Assembly: GCA_023213395.1 (NCBI GenBank)
Contig: CM041465.1
Span: 188,239,741-188,303,740 of the forward strand
Source: Cycas panzhihuaensis
Lineage: Eukaryota; Plantae; Cycadophyta
Direction: 5' to 3'
Length of the DNA: 64,000 bases
The notes beneath the pieces are model-generated. The model saw only the letters and a program-made list of their open reading frames with translations. It was not told the origin of the DNA and searched no databases. Positions 51,024-64,000 of this stretch are shown piece by piece. The translations under genes were made by a program, and so were the position numbers. Position 1 is the first letter of the stretch, and each line of letters opens with the position of its first letter.

Positions 51024-53600
51024 ATGGGAGGTCTGACCATTAGATTGAGGCGAGGAGATAGCCCACATGATCAGGATGACGAGATGGTGGTGGTGAGGCC
51101 AGATCCAGTGAGTGGATCGTCCCTTACCCTTTTCATTTCATCGTTTATATTCAGTAAAATTTTGAGGTTTTTAGAGCTTGTTTTTGGCCCCTTAACGGCA
51201 ATTTGGGACCCTCTAGAGCATGAATGAGGCTCAAAGAGGGGAAGAACCAGGGCATTAGGTAGCCCTAGTTATAGTAGGCCAAGCCTTAGCCCACTTAGAC
51301 CAATTTTTGAGGTTTTTTGGGCACCCCCTCCCCTTTTTTAGGGGGAGAAACAATGGCCTCATGGTAAAAATCATGGTGACACAGAGTTTACCGCGGAGCT
51401 GCTGAGGGGATATGAAAATCTCAACGAGGCTCATGTCAAACTCTACGATACCACAGAGTTTAATGTGGGGCAGGGAGGTAATGGTGGAAAAAAAAAGAAA
51501 GGATGCCTAAAAGGATGGACTAGCTTATCTAAGTGGAGCAAGAGGCATCCTAAGGGCAACTAGGGATGCTATGAGGAGTATTTGGACTAATATTTAGGTT
51601 TTTTACAGGTGGTTATCGCAGTGGATAATTACGAGAACATTGGAGTGGCGATGTTGAGCTTCATATAGATGATGTCGTGGAGAGACAGGGGGGTATTGAG
51701 ATGCTACGAGCTCCTGAAGGTCATCATGATGCCTCAATATGCATTAGATCATCGCCTCCTAATGGATATAGTTTCTCACTAGGATCGACGATGACATGTC
51801 TTCCATCTCCCCCAGGTAGGAGATGTCACTATCACACTGGGAGACATTAGGAAGATTCTGGGGGTACTGATAGGAGGAGCACTAGCATCATTGGGCACAT
51901 TGCCCAGTACAGATGCTATGCACACAGAGGCGACAACATATTTAATAGGACAAGGAAGGTGGGACTGACGAGGGTCATCAGTTCAAGCTATGGTGATGTC
52001 GCAGATTCCTCGGGTGAGGAAGCTTATCACACTAGGCATTCTGTTCCAGATTCCCCATAAACAAAACTACAAGGATATTCCAAATGGATGGATGGCCATA
52101 GTTAGAAGGTGTAAGGCTAGGGAGAGACTAGACTGGGTTGCCTTTGATAACAACAAACATGATGGCATAGTTGGATGCTATTCGAGTGGCAAGGAGAGGT
52201 GGATTCTCATATTGCACCCTACTGCAATGTTGGTTTTTGATTATTTTGGAGTATTCACACCATGAAGGGGACCGCACCCCATCTTAGCATGAGTGCTTAT
52301 GGTTCATAGGTGGAAAAATCGGTTTAGTGGAACTGAGGATTATGTTCACATCCGAAGATCAGTGGAGGCGATGTCGCTAGACCTTCTCACCCTTTAGACT
52401 ATACAATGGATCGATACAGAGGGGTACACTAGGAGAGTGACGACGCAGCAGGGGAGTTAGGAGATGACCCTAATGAGGGTAGAGGCAATGATGGGGGTGA
52501 TAAGGTAGGCCCATCGGGAGCTGCAGGAGGAGAGGCAGGTCTGTTAGGGGCTGCAGGAAGAGAGGCAGGTCCATCAGGAGATGTAGGAGGAGAGGCAGGC
52601 TCATCAGCACTTGAGAGGGGAGATAGGCCACCGTGCACGCCAACAGGCAAGGTGAGAGAGACAGGTAGGGATTCTGTGGTAGTGGTGGCCATGGTAGAAG
52701 TGGCAGAGGTGGCGATAGTCATGATGGATAGAGGAGAGGAGGTAGGAGATGCCCCGATAGGCTAGGAGGTAAGAGAGATAGTACCAGAGGCAGAGGAGGG
52801 TAGTCCAACAGTTGAGGGAGCTCCTATAGAGGAGGTGGTCGTTAGATCAGAGGAGCCAACCATCCCAAGAGGTGAGACACTACCCTTACTCGACCTCTTT
52901 CAACCATTAGTTGCTTAAATAGCTTACTTTGATTTGATTTTGACGCTTATATATATATATATATGTATATATTGGAATGACACATGGTATGCGTGATTTG
53001 GCAGGTGCAACAGAGATGAAGAGGCTAGTGGAGGTAGTAGTCTAGGAGTTATTCCCCCAGATCTATGTTGAGGGACAACCTTCCATCTTAGCTGGAGAGG
53101 AGCCTCAATCGGTAGGGGCACATATAAAAGCATTTGTCCTATTGTTCAGGGCCAGAGATATGTGAGCGACGGAGTCCCAGGGATTCCAGGTGAGGGCATG
53201 ACAGCTACAAAGAGAGATGGATGGACTCTGCGCAAAGAGGGACCAGGCAGTCACAGAGAGGGATACCCTACAAGGCTGGGTCTAGGCCTTGGAGGCTGAC
53301 GGAGGAGGAGTGGTAGGCAAAGATACAGAGAGTCGCATCTAGATCACCATGCTAAAGGAGGGACTTTGGACAGTAGAGGAGGAGAGAGATCGTATCCAGG
53401 CGAGATATGATCAACTAGTGGAGTAGGCCACGACTAGGTCGTCGAGGAGTAAGCTCCATACTCATATGATAATGATGACCTAGAGGAGGTCTTGAGATGA
53501 GGGGAGCAAGGTAGGGAGCTCATAGCGACGTAGGAGGATCCTAGGAGGCATATGGTCTCTTGGCAAGGGGTCTCACAGATGAGGAGATGATACTCACTGA
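51024..53600 (+). pseudogene. Spliced plant mobile domain (PMD, aminotransferase-like) gene, antisense to the Tat element
   Basis: Exon 1 51024-51107, intron GT..AG 51108-51608. In-frame exon 2 LDHRLLMDIVSH*DRR*HVFHLPQVGDVTITLGDIRKILGV matches the PMD consensus. Probable second intron 52872-53004. Coiled-coil-like tail. 3' end approximate. Confidence 0.75.
52511..52630 (+). repeat. Degenerate 30-bp coding tandem repeat (PSGAAGGEAG-like), about 4 copies
   Basis: gcaggaggagaggcagg recurs at 30-bp spacing. Confidence 0.7.
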
Positions 53601-54411
53601 GGGTAGAGCGTCGAGGAGCTAGATGTATGATTAGTTTTAAGCAGGAAAGTATTGGATCTCTAGGGAGTCATACCATATGTAGACACATGATTATACTCCT
53701 CCTTGCAAGGATTCTAGCTTCTTGAGGATGATGTATCATATGACATTGTATGATATAATTCATTATATATATACGGGGACTAATTGGCACCCTATTTAAC
53801 CCATGATGATGGCATTATGATGGTTATTTTGATGTTGTATTGTTATATTACTTATTTATTTATTTATGCGTATGCATAGAGAGATGGATGCATGGAGATA
53901 CAGGTGCATAGGTGCATGAGGGATCATGCATTATGACGGTTTTAGTTAATTGTTATATATGGCTTTTTGTTGTTAGATCATGTGGATTATACTAGCATTT
54001 CCTTTCATGTAGTATTACACTCGTAGCGGGCACATATGACCACCATGTATATAGGTGATAAGCACGTATGAGGATAGTAGAGGGAGATCCATGCATGTCC
54101 ATCAAAGGATCATAACGGATATGTAAAGGAAACAACGACAAGGAGGCAGTATAAATACTTAAGCAAGAGTCTCTAGTTGGAGTGTGATTTCGAGCTCGGG
54201 ATTAAAGGAAATTTATACACACAACTAGGAGGAGAGGTTTCCCTTGGAAGGGAAATGAAAAAGATGTAATTATAAAGATGAGAGGCCACCCTAAGCTACC
54301 ATTTCCCCTACGGTTAGAGGGAACAAGGACACACTTAGAGTGGTAGTTTAGGCTTATTTCAGAGCGAGAAGGAAGAAGGGGTGTGCCTAATCTGCTTGGG
54401 ACTAGGGAAGG

Positions 54412-57400
54412 TCATGTATAAAACTTCTTTAAGAATTTGCCATTGATGGCCTTCTTAAACTCAAGACCCTCTAAAGTTGTAATCCTATAGGTGCCGTTGT
54501 TGAGACTTTCAAGAACGATGAAAGGACCAACCCATTTAGGCTCGAATTTAGCCATACAATTGTGGAGATAATCTAACTTGAGGGCATGGTCCCCGGGATG
54601 CAAAGGGTGAGGGTAAAGGCATTTATCATACGTTCTCCATGCCCTAGATTTGGAGGCGAGATTCACTTGATATACTATTAAATATCTCTCTTCTAAGGCT
54701 TCGAGGTCAAGGAGGTGGGCCTAGCGATAGGATTCCTTGTCGATAAGACCTAGAAGGGAAACTCGCAAAGAGGGTATCTCAATGTTTAAGGTGAGGATGA
54801 CCTTGGTTCTATACACGAGGGAGAATGAGGTAATCCCTGTGGCTATGTGAATGGAAGTGCAGTATGCCCATAAGGCAGAGGAAAGTCAGAGGTGCCAATC
54901 CTTTTGGGATTGAATAATGGTTTTCTTTAGGATGTTAATGAGAGTCTTGTTGAAGGACTTAATTTGGCCATTGGCTTGAGGGTAATAAGGAGATGAAGTC
55001 TTATGGGACATCCTAAACTTCCCACAAAGCTTGTCCATTTCCTTATTACAAAAAAGAGTTCCATTATCTATGATCAAGATATTAAGAACCCCGTATCGAC
55101 AAATAATATGCTAATAGATGAAGGTAGTTATTATCTTACCAAAAGTGGAAAATAAGGGGACTACTTTAGCCCATTTAGTGAAATACTCTATCGCAGTTAA
55201 GATAAACTTGTGCTATGATGAAGAAGGAGGGGTTATGGCCCTAATGAGGTCTAATCCCTATTGGGAGAAGGGCCATGGAGAGATAATGGGATGTAGGGCC
55301 GCAGAAGATGAATGGATGACATTGGCGTACTTCTACACCTATGACATTGTAAAGCATAGGCATGGACGTCCTTGAAGAGGGGTAGCTAATAGTAACCCAT
55401 GTGAAGGATCCTTTGGGCCATATATTGGCCTCCAAAGTGGCCTCCATAAATACCATTGTGGAACTCATGAAGTATCTTATTTGCTTCGTCAAGGTTAACG
55501 TAGCGAAGGACCCCATCGAAGGATATTTTGTATAACACCCCTTCCATGAGGATGTATTACCTCGTAATGACCCTAACACGTAACCTTACCTTGTCACTAG
55601 TGTTGGGATAGTACTATTATTCAGTGAGGTATTGTACGATATCCCCATACCATTCACTATCAGTCAATAAATGGAGGGGCGACTCTTGGATGGAAAAGAT
55701 AGGCTCGTCTGACAAAGAATCATCAATAGGAGTGTTCAAAGAGTTAGAGATGGGGGCGTCAGCTAGTTGTTCGGCAACCACCATCCCTTTCTTTGACTTT
55801 CTATTAACAATTTAGAGATCGTACTCTTAAAGGAGGACAAACCACTTACTAGTCTTACCTGTCAAGTCAAATTGGGTTAGGAGGTATCTCAAGGGATCAG
55901 ACTGAATGATCACTTGAGTGGTGTTACTAAGCAAGTAATGCCTAAATTTCTTGGTGGTATACATTAAGGTGAGGCATTCCTTTTCGACAGGGAAATAATT
56001 GAGCTCAGTAACAACTAAGATGTGATGGATAAAGTAAATAGGCCTCTCGATTCTCGTGTTATCCTCTTGGGCAAGCATAGCCCCTAAGGATTCATTGGTA
56101 GTTAAGGTGTAAAGGATAAAGGGTCAATCGAAGAGGGGAGATGCCAAGATTAGGGCAGAAACCAAGGCTCTTTTGAGCTCTTCGAAGGCTTCCTAGGCCT
56201 TTGGAGACCAAAATAATGGTCCCCCCTTCTTTAATAAGTTAGTAAGGGGTTTAGCATTTATGATGAAGTTCACCAAGAAATGCTTGAGGAAACCTAATCT
56301 ACCTAAGAATGACTTGATTTGCTGTTGAGTCTTGGGAGAAGGCATGTCAAGGATGGCCTTGACTTTATCAAGATCAATTTAGGTTCCTTGTTTTGAAACA
56401 AGGAAATTGAGGAGTTTGCCAGCTATTATGACAAACACACATTTAAGAGGGTTTAAGTTCACATGATATTTACGACACCTGGTAAAGATGTCATGTAAAT
56501 CGCTAGGATGCTGGGTCCTTTTACACAAAAGACCCATCATGTCATCCATGAAAACTCAAGGGTTTTATTTATGAGGTCATGGAAGACGAACTACATCGCC
56601 CTTTGGTAAGTGACACCTACATTTTAAAGTCCAAAGGGCATCATTTTGTAAGTGAAGGTACCTCAAGGAGTTGTGAAGGATATTTTGTGATAGTCTTAAG
56701 GAGAAATCTAGATTTGGTTATACCCAGAGAAGCCATCCATCAAGGACATGACTTCAAACCCAGCGATTCGATCAATGATTTAATCGATGAAAGGTAGAGG
56801 GAAGTTATCCTTGGAACATGCATTGTTAATGTCGCAGAAATCAACACATATCCTAATCATCCCATTCTTTTTGGCAATAGAAATGATATTTGAGACCTAC
56901 TTGGGGTAGTCGATGGAGGTCATTAACCTTACATCTAAGAGTTTCTCGACTTCCATCTTCACGGCAACAGAAAGTTTAGGATGTAGGGGGCGCTGCTTTT
57001 GCTACACAGGGTGAGCGCCTAGAATGGTAGTAAGGTTATGGGTGACAATGCAAGGGTCTATCCCCAAGTCAGTGTAATCCCATGCAAAGATGTCACAGAA
57101 CTCCTGAAAAAGAAGGGTGTACTCCTTTATTTTTTCACAGGAACACTTTGCTCCTACCTTAATGACCTTGCCAGGAGTAAGGACAATGCCCTTAGTTACC
57201 CCCGTGTACATGGCATTCCCTTCCTTGAAGTGAAGGGGGGCTTGGTCAACAGGAAGGGGTGAAGAAGAAAGACTAGACAAATTTGGGTTAGCTAAGGGTA
57301 ACCCAAGGGCTAAAATCTTCTAGTAACCAAGTTTATAGTGACTAGGAGGGAGATTAGGTGTAGAGCCCGCTAGATGCTCTAATAAGACCCTGTCATTCTC

Positions 57401-59950
57401 AAAGCAATCTATCACATGGATAGTTATACTTGAAGAAGATGAGGAATGAGGAGCGAGAGGACCATAGTGGTTGACCCACCACTTAATATAGTCAAGAGAC
57501 TCTTTGGAAGAGTCAGAGGATGATCTCCTGTGATAGGTGGCAAGAGGTTCCATTTCCTCATCACTTGAGGAGGGTGATGAGGTGGAAGATGAAGCGAGAT
57601 GGGAAAACACACAAGAGATAGGAGTAATGATGTGTGACTTGGGAGGAGGACTAGGCTCCTCAATAGAAGAGGCTTCAGGTTGGGACCTGAAATGAAGGAA
57701 GCACCCCCTACTCATGTTTGGGAGGGATATGGGATGCCCCCTCCTCATCTTTATTGGCAGACTCGTCGTCGCTCAATATAGTGAGGTACCTATAGCTCCC
57801 CACACCAATAGGGGTGAAGCGAATGAGGTTGGAGGAAGAAGGGGAGGGGCCTTCTTCTGGATAAGATAAATTAGGAATGTTAATAGAATAGGCGGAAGCG
57901 TGGGCAGATGGACCCTTGTTACCCTTAGCATGGTCATGAACTGCTTGACAAGATTGATGCAATTGCTTAATGGGAGTAGGCTTCTGAGAAACAACCTTCA
58001 TTCACCCTTCATGGATGAATTTAAGCTACCTCCAATGGGATGAACATACAACTCCCATCTAATCAAGCCATGGGCATCCTAAGAAAAGATTGTAGTCCAC
58101 GTCTACATCGAGGATTATGATGTCAACGAGGACGGTTTTGTCCTTAAGGGTGAGTGGAATGGAGATAGACCCTAAGAGCGTATTTTCGCTACCATCGTAA
58201 CCTTAACAATGCCATGGGACTGGCTTAAGAGACGCTATGCCTAACTCTTACATGATTAACAAGGGAATATCATTAACAAAAGAACCATTGTCTATAATAG
58301 TTCTTTGAAGAGTACATTCAGGAGTATCTATGGATATAGTGAAAGGGTAGTGGCATCGACGTTCTCTTTCACTAGTGGGAGGGAGATCTTTAAGTTCGAA
58401 TGGGATAATAGGTTCGTAGCTCTAGGTAACCCTCAAAGCATGAACGGAAGCTTTGACTAACCCTAAAGTCTCTAGGAGGAGAGCGCATTGCTCTAGACAG
58501 CTTCTCAAGACGTCCATCATGGACATCCCTGCAGCTAATGTGTGAAGCTTGTCGATGATAGAGAAGGGCTTTCCCTTCATGGTAGGTTGGGGAAGTGCCC
58601 TTTGGAAATCATAATGATTGTGGTGAACAGGAATCATCTTAGGAAGCAGCAGGATCTCTGAAGGAGAATTCTCCAAAGGAGGATCAAGATGGGAAGAAGA
58701 GAAAGCACCTATGGCTTCTTTGGTCACTTGAGACCGGGTCAAGGCGTATAAGGGCGTGGTCTCAAGCATCTGGATAACTCTCTTTCTCTTGTTTTGGGAT
58801 TGAGAGGGAGAAGGAGTTTGGTGGCGAGAATTGGAAGAAGATGAAAAGTTCCTCACCCCTTTCCCTTTAGATTGCGTAAGGCGAGGGTTAGGGGACCTTC
58901 CCCTATTTTAATTCCCCTTTTACTGGGTATGGTAATCCCGTTCCTCGTGTTTGGGGAAAGGCTTCTTATAAATGGGTTGGTCTAGATTGGGCCTAGACGC
59001 CTATTTAGAGGATGAGTCATGGTGTGGGGTGGATTTGGGATGCTGCATCCTACATTACGAGTCCTCATGAAAGCACTCACCATGAATCGAACAATATTTC
59101 TTCTCTAAGGAAAAGTTCACTTTTCTTGCTTAAGAAGTATGGGTATCTCCATTCTTTAGAGGCACGGCTTGAGAAGCTTGATGAATGAGTTTATAAGAAG
59201 TAGGTGATGAAGGCGTTTGGAGTTTAAGCTCCTTTATTATATACTCAAAGAAACATATAGCAGAAGTCAAGGGGTCTAAGGTTTTCTCTATTGAATAAGT
59301 CGAAGACCTAGGAGGTTGTTGGGTTTTGGTGTCGCAGGACGGAGGGGGTGCCTCACGTCATTGCGATGACCTAAGAGGTTTCTTGAGACTCACTTGGATC
59401 TCAATAGCCTTAAGAGCCAAACATTTGGCTATGGCAGAGTCACATATTATTGCCCCCATCTTGAGGACTTCAACATGCACTTTAGGGCAAAGAGCATTCA
59501 CAAAAAGATCCCTCTTTAACTCCTCAGGTAATGTCGCCTTTGTGGAGTGGAGAAGATTATGGAAACGCCTCATAAAGTCATGATTTATTTCATCATGACT
59601 TTGTTTGAGGGACAAGAGAGCCTTCATCCTGCTCTCGAAGGGATGAGCAACGTCAAAATAGTTGACAAACGCATCGACGAGTTACTGGAATGAGTGGATG
59701 GAATGTGCAGGAAGGTGATAGAACCATTTGGGGACATCTTACAAAGAACGTGGGAAAAGTTTCATTAAAATATGGTTGTATGCCCAGTAATCAATGTATG
59801 CCATAGAAAAGCTTCTGATGTGCTCCGTTGGGTCTTGAGAGGAGGTCTTGTCAAACCTGGGTACCTCGGGAGGCTGAGGTGGTAAGTTTGTTCTTAACGC
59901 CTCAATGGATAAAGGAGTTGACCTGTAGTCCACGAAGGGACGAGCCCTTG
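54412..59950 (-). pseudogene. Gypsy gag-pol: gag (~59300-59950), protease (~58050-58320), RT (~56200-57000), RNase H (~55800-56100), integrase with GPF motif (54412-55600)
   Basis: FDKTSSQDPTEHI..LMKLFPRSL; CVDFCDINNACSKDNFP; ERPIYF..NYFPVEKECL..KKFRHYLL; IIDNGTLF..SPYYPQANGQ; KFEPKWVGPF. Confidence 0.92.
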
Positions 59951-60871
59951 GTTGGACTATTGGGTCAACGAAGGATGAAGGAGGAGGTGGGCAAGTATGC
60001 CCAAATCTTCCTTGGGAAACTTAACCCAAAAGGGGGTATGATTCCTCCCTTTTCTTGGGAGGGGACTATTCCTTGTTGTAAAGGCATGCGGGACTATTCC
60101 TCATTTTTATTGGGAGGGGACTATTCCCTAAGGAATGCGGGCCATAAGAAGAAGAAGGCATAATGAGGGATGCCCCCATTGCGGATAGGGAAGTTGAATA
60201 GAATGGATGTGAAGGCATAGATGAGGAAGATGAAAGCACCACACTTTGCAACATGCTATCTAACCATTTGGGAGGCAATTGGAGGCTAGCTGCTTGGAAG
60301 CATTAATTGAGCTCTTCTACCACGTTCATGGGAGGGGCATCCACCTGCTTATATGAGGTCAAAAGATCCTCATATGAAGTGGACCCCACAGGGCGATCCT
60401 CATGGGCACTGTCACCAAGATGGTAGCATCCCATGGGAGAAGACACTTCCATATTATGAGTGGAGAAGTTATAAACCCACAGGTGCTCTTGGTCACTTGG
60501 GTAGAAGATGGGGTCCTCACCTTCTTGGGCGGGCCCCTAGAAAGAAGTAGAAGGTTAGTGAGACTCAGAAACATAGGCGTGGTATGCCCAATCTGAAGGG
60601 AATCCCTCCATGGTCAATTCAAAATTTGACAATGTAAGGGGAGAATAAGGAGTGTCTTCCAACGAATGAGGGAGACCTCGTAAACGATGAGAAAATGATC
60701 ACATACAAGTCCTTCTTTAGAGTTGGAAGAAAGAGAAATGACAAAATGATAGATGTTGGGGGCTGCCCAACGAATGGAGAAGGGATACCAAAGGAGAGGT
60801 ATTACTAATAGAAAGGGGATTAAGATATACCACTTACTAATGAGTCCTCAGTAAGGTCGCTAGTAGAAGCA

Positions 60872-60893
60872 CACCTCTGGGGGGAGGTCACCA
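60872..60893 (-). promoter_or_regulatory. Primer-binding site of the Tat element
   Basis: tggtgacctccccccagaggt two nt inside the LTR edge at 60896. Cognate tRNA not determined. Confidence 0.7.
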
Positions 60894-60895
60894 AA

Positions 60896-62222
60896 TGCAA
60901 GGAGATCAAGCCAATATAATCAACAATCATGGGGCTAAGGATGTTTGAAAGCAAGTGAAATGATTACCTACAAAGGGAATCTATGCATCAAAATGTAGGT
61001 TTGAGGACTTGCAAATGGTACACAAACTTACCCTATGACGAGTACCTTCTCAGATTTGAGATGGGCAAGGCAAGCTTCATCGATTTGCTGAGTAGCCTCA
61101 AGGGACCCTTTTATCTTAGATGGCCAAGGAAGGAGGATTGAGATGGGATACACCCTTCCCAAGGAGAGGGAACATAAGGGGTAGGTCTTAATCAAAGGAG
61201 GGAGTACCTATGAGCAAGAACTGGGTGACTGGTAGTGTGGATGAGAAGGGGAAGTTGGGCTGAAAAAGGCTAACTTCTAAATGGAGGTAAGGCAAAGTGA
61301 GGCCTCACCGAAAGGGAAGATAAAGACCTTAAGGGGGAATGCCCCTAAGGTGCTTACACCTGAAATAGATGACTAGATGTAGGGGGTTAGGCGATGTATT
61401 CTATTTCTTTATTTTCGTTATACAATGAGGTAGTATGGTACTATGAGTTGTTCTTGTTTCTAGTTTGTGTTTTAATTAGGAAAGAAAGTAAACAAAAATG
61501 GACAACAACTCTCTCTCTTTTTAGATCCTAGCCTTTCTCTCTTTATCATTTTATAAGCATAAAAGGAAACAAGTAGGCAGGAAGCATAGGAAGAGGATGC
61601 AAGGACTAATGTAATTCAACCTAATGGTATATGGGAAAGAGGATAGGTTGGGAGTAGAGGGACTCACAACCCTTTGCACTCAGACTCTAGCGAATGCGAG
61701 AGTTTGAGCCAAGAGAGGGGGGTAAAGATGCAACTAGTGGGGATCAACATCTACTTGTGCAAAGTAATTACCCTTCCCCTTATATTATCAAACAAGTCAA
61801 GCAATGAATAATGCAACACAAAACTATCTTCTCTTTTGTTCTTCCTTTTCTTCTTTTGGGGGTAAGGGGGGAAGGAATGGATGAGAAGATAGAAAGAAAT
61901 GCACCTAGAAACTGAATGGTTGGTGTAGAGGCCCTCTTTCTTTCTACGTGATTCACACTTGTCCACTCAACACTCCTTATCACGATCGATATTACGAGAG
62001 GAACACTAGTGGGGTTTCCTTACCTTCCCCAATGTCCAAATGCAGAAAGAACCAAAGGAAAAAAGAAAGAATTGCTTAAAATAAAGTTTAAAAATAATGT
62101 AATAATAACAAGAGAGGTATGCATACCTTCTGTTAAGACATTTAGTTGCTCTGAAAAAGGGCAAAACTTATACAACAAATGGTTTACCCTTTCCTAAGGG
62201 GCACTAGACATGCATGTAAGCG

Positions 62223-62261
<39 letters not shown>

Positions 62262-64000
62262 ACATATATATATGCTTATCGAAATGGAAAAAAAAAAGGG
62301 AAATGATCTTATGCAAATATTCCTTGAATAAGCACCATATGCAATGTTAGTTTTACTTATTATACAAACAAAGTGTTCTAATGATTATGGGAAAGAGGGG
62401 TAAAAGGAAGGAAGAAGGGTAGCCTTGAAATGGTGAACCATCAAAATGATATGTCTCCACGTACCCAAGAACTCAAGCAAGTAGATCAAGATAGAAGCCA
62501 AGTTTCTCTAATGGTAAAAGAGCAACAAACTTTGTATACAAAAAAGTTGCAAAAGTTATAACTTTTGCAAGATTTACAAAAGCAAGACTAAAATGGTGTA
62601 GATATCGAGGAGCTACTGCTAAAAACCAGATTTTGTGGAACTATGAAGGCTAGTTGTAGGTGTAGCAAGGTGTTGTCAATACTACAACCAATAAGGTTCC
62701 CTACCCCAAGGATTTTCGGGTGGACAAGGGAGGTATTGGGAGAGAAAAAAGAGCAAAGAGTAGGGGGTTACCCTTGAGGAGATGGAAAAAGGGTATAGAA
62801 CCCTGCCTAAAACTCCTTTCTCTCTTTGTTGGACTCTTTTCTCTCCACCTCTTTAAGTGGACACGAGGGAAACCTTAAGGTGCAAGGATATAAGCCAGAG
62901 AAAGAGAAGGGTTGCCTTCCAATATAGACATATAAGAGGTAGTTTCATACAACAAACTAAAAAGTAAGTAAGAAAACTCTTATGTTTAAGAAATAGGATA
63001 ATGTGCAGGCCTGATACTTGGTAACAATAGATCTGAGGTAGATCTACCTCATGTGGTGGTTGGGAGGGAGGTTTCCCTCGGAAGATTGGCGAAGAACCCC
63101 TGTAATGGCACAAGGAGATAGCATAACCTATAAACAAACTTGATGCTTGTGCCTTAATGGAGTGCTTGTAGAGAAGATCTGTCCTAAAGCTCACTGCTGC
63201 ATACTTGTAACTCAGGGTTTTACCCTAAGGAAGAAGATGGTAGGAGTGGAGGATATGTATAGTAGGAGAAAACCTTCGTTTTATAAAATTTTCTTAGAGA
63301 TGAGGAGGAATGAGGTAAATTTTGGGTTTTTAAACCCAACCCTAGCCCAATGGGTGATTAGGGCTCACCCTGTGTAGGAAACAACCTAGTGCTATGTATC
63401 AATTTTACATTTAATGCCAAATTGGCTGTGGCCAGACAAAAAAATAAATTTGAATAGTCGCACCATGGTAAACTTTGTGGTACCGCAAAGTTTGTAGGAG
63501 TACTACAAAATTTGTAGTGGTGCACTCAAAACTAGGAGAAAATAAAAAGAGGAGCCCAAAAGACTCCCCAAAAAGGGGGGGCCCTAGACCTTGAAAGGGC
63601 AAACTAATGTATTGTTGAGGTGTAAAGGGGGTTTTAGGACCTAGAGGGACCATGATGAACAAGAAAAAGGTGGCAACAAGGCCTAAAAGAGAGACAAGTG
63701 GTGAACAAGGGTGACAACCTGGCCTAAACGGGTTGTTATGGGTTACATCATACTAAGGAGTGGTAAAGGATGGGCTAAGGAAGCCAAGAATGCTTGGAGA
63801 CGTTGTGGAGATATGGCAGAGGGTCATAAGATGCCATGTAATACATATCCTAAGTTGTCGTAGGCTAGAATATTATATGTAAACATGGATATGCAGGCAA
63901 TACAAATACAATGATCATGTAATCAATCAATTAACATGTAATGTGTATCTATAGACAATCCAATAGCATCCTGAAGCCAATGAAAGTGAGGATAGATGCA
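60896..64000 (-). repeat. 5' LTR of the Tat element (truncated by window)
   Basis: Homologous to 43354-49340; contains (AC)n at 62224-62263. Confidence 0.92.

Larger units (their letters stand above)
43354..64000 (-). mobile_element. Large Ty3/Gypsy Tat-type element with LTRs over 3 kb, degenerate; 5' LTR runs off the window
   Basis: LTR-homologous blocks 43354-46240, 46241-49340+ and 60896-64000. PBS tggtgacctcccccc at ~60879-60893. Minus-strand gag, protease, RT, RH and integrase at 54412-59950. Extra RNase HI and antisense PMD ORF in the 3' region. Confidence 0.92.

Overview
Plant nuclear DNA, probably a gymnosperm (inferred from the giant TE-filled intron and Tat-type Gypsy architecture). 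It is AT-rich, CpG-depleted and mostly LTR retrotransposon. The only host gene is the 3' half of a peroxisomal beta-oxidation multifunctional protein (MFP2-like): 10 exons at 22645-25562 (+), ending in the PTS1 signal SRL. Bases 1-22644 appear to lie in one intron holding a three-level nest. Copia B contains Copia A and a young full-length Copia C, and Copia A contains two ~3-kb gag-only non-autonomous elements. Downstream of the gene lie a solo LTR, a minus-strand Copia D, degenerate Gypsy remnants and Copia E, whose gag region is replaced by unexplained CpG-retaining DNA. The last element is a >20-kb minus-strand Tat-type Gypsy (43354 to window end). It has a 2.9-kb duplication inside its LTR, a stand-alone RNase HI ORF far downstream of integrase, and a spliced antisense plant-mobile-domain gene arranged head-to-head with that ORF. 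Five or six distinct Copia elements share an inverted repeat that places the PPT/3'-LTR junction in a hairpin loop. All alignments, counts and divergences were done by eye.
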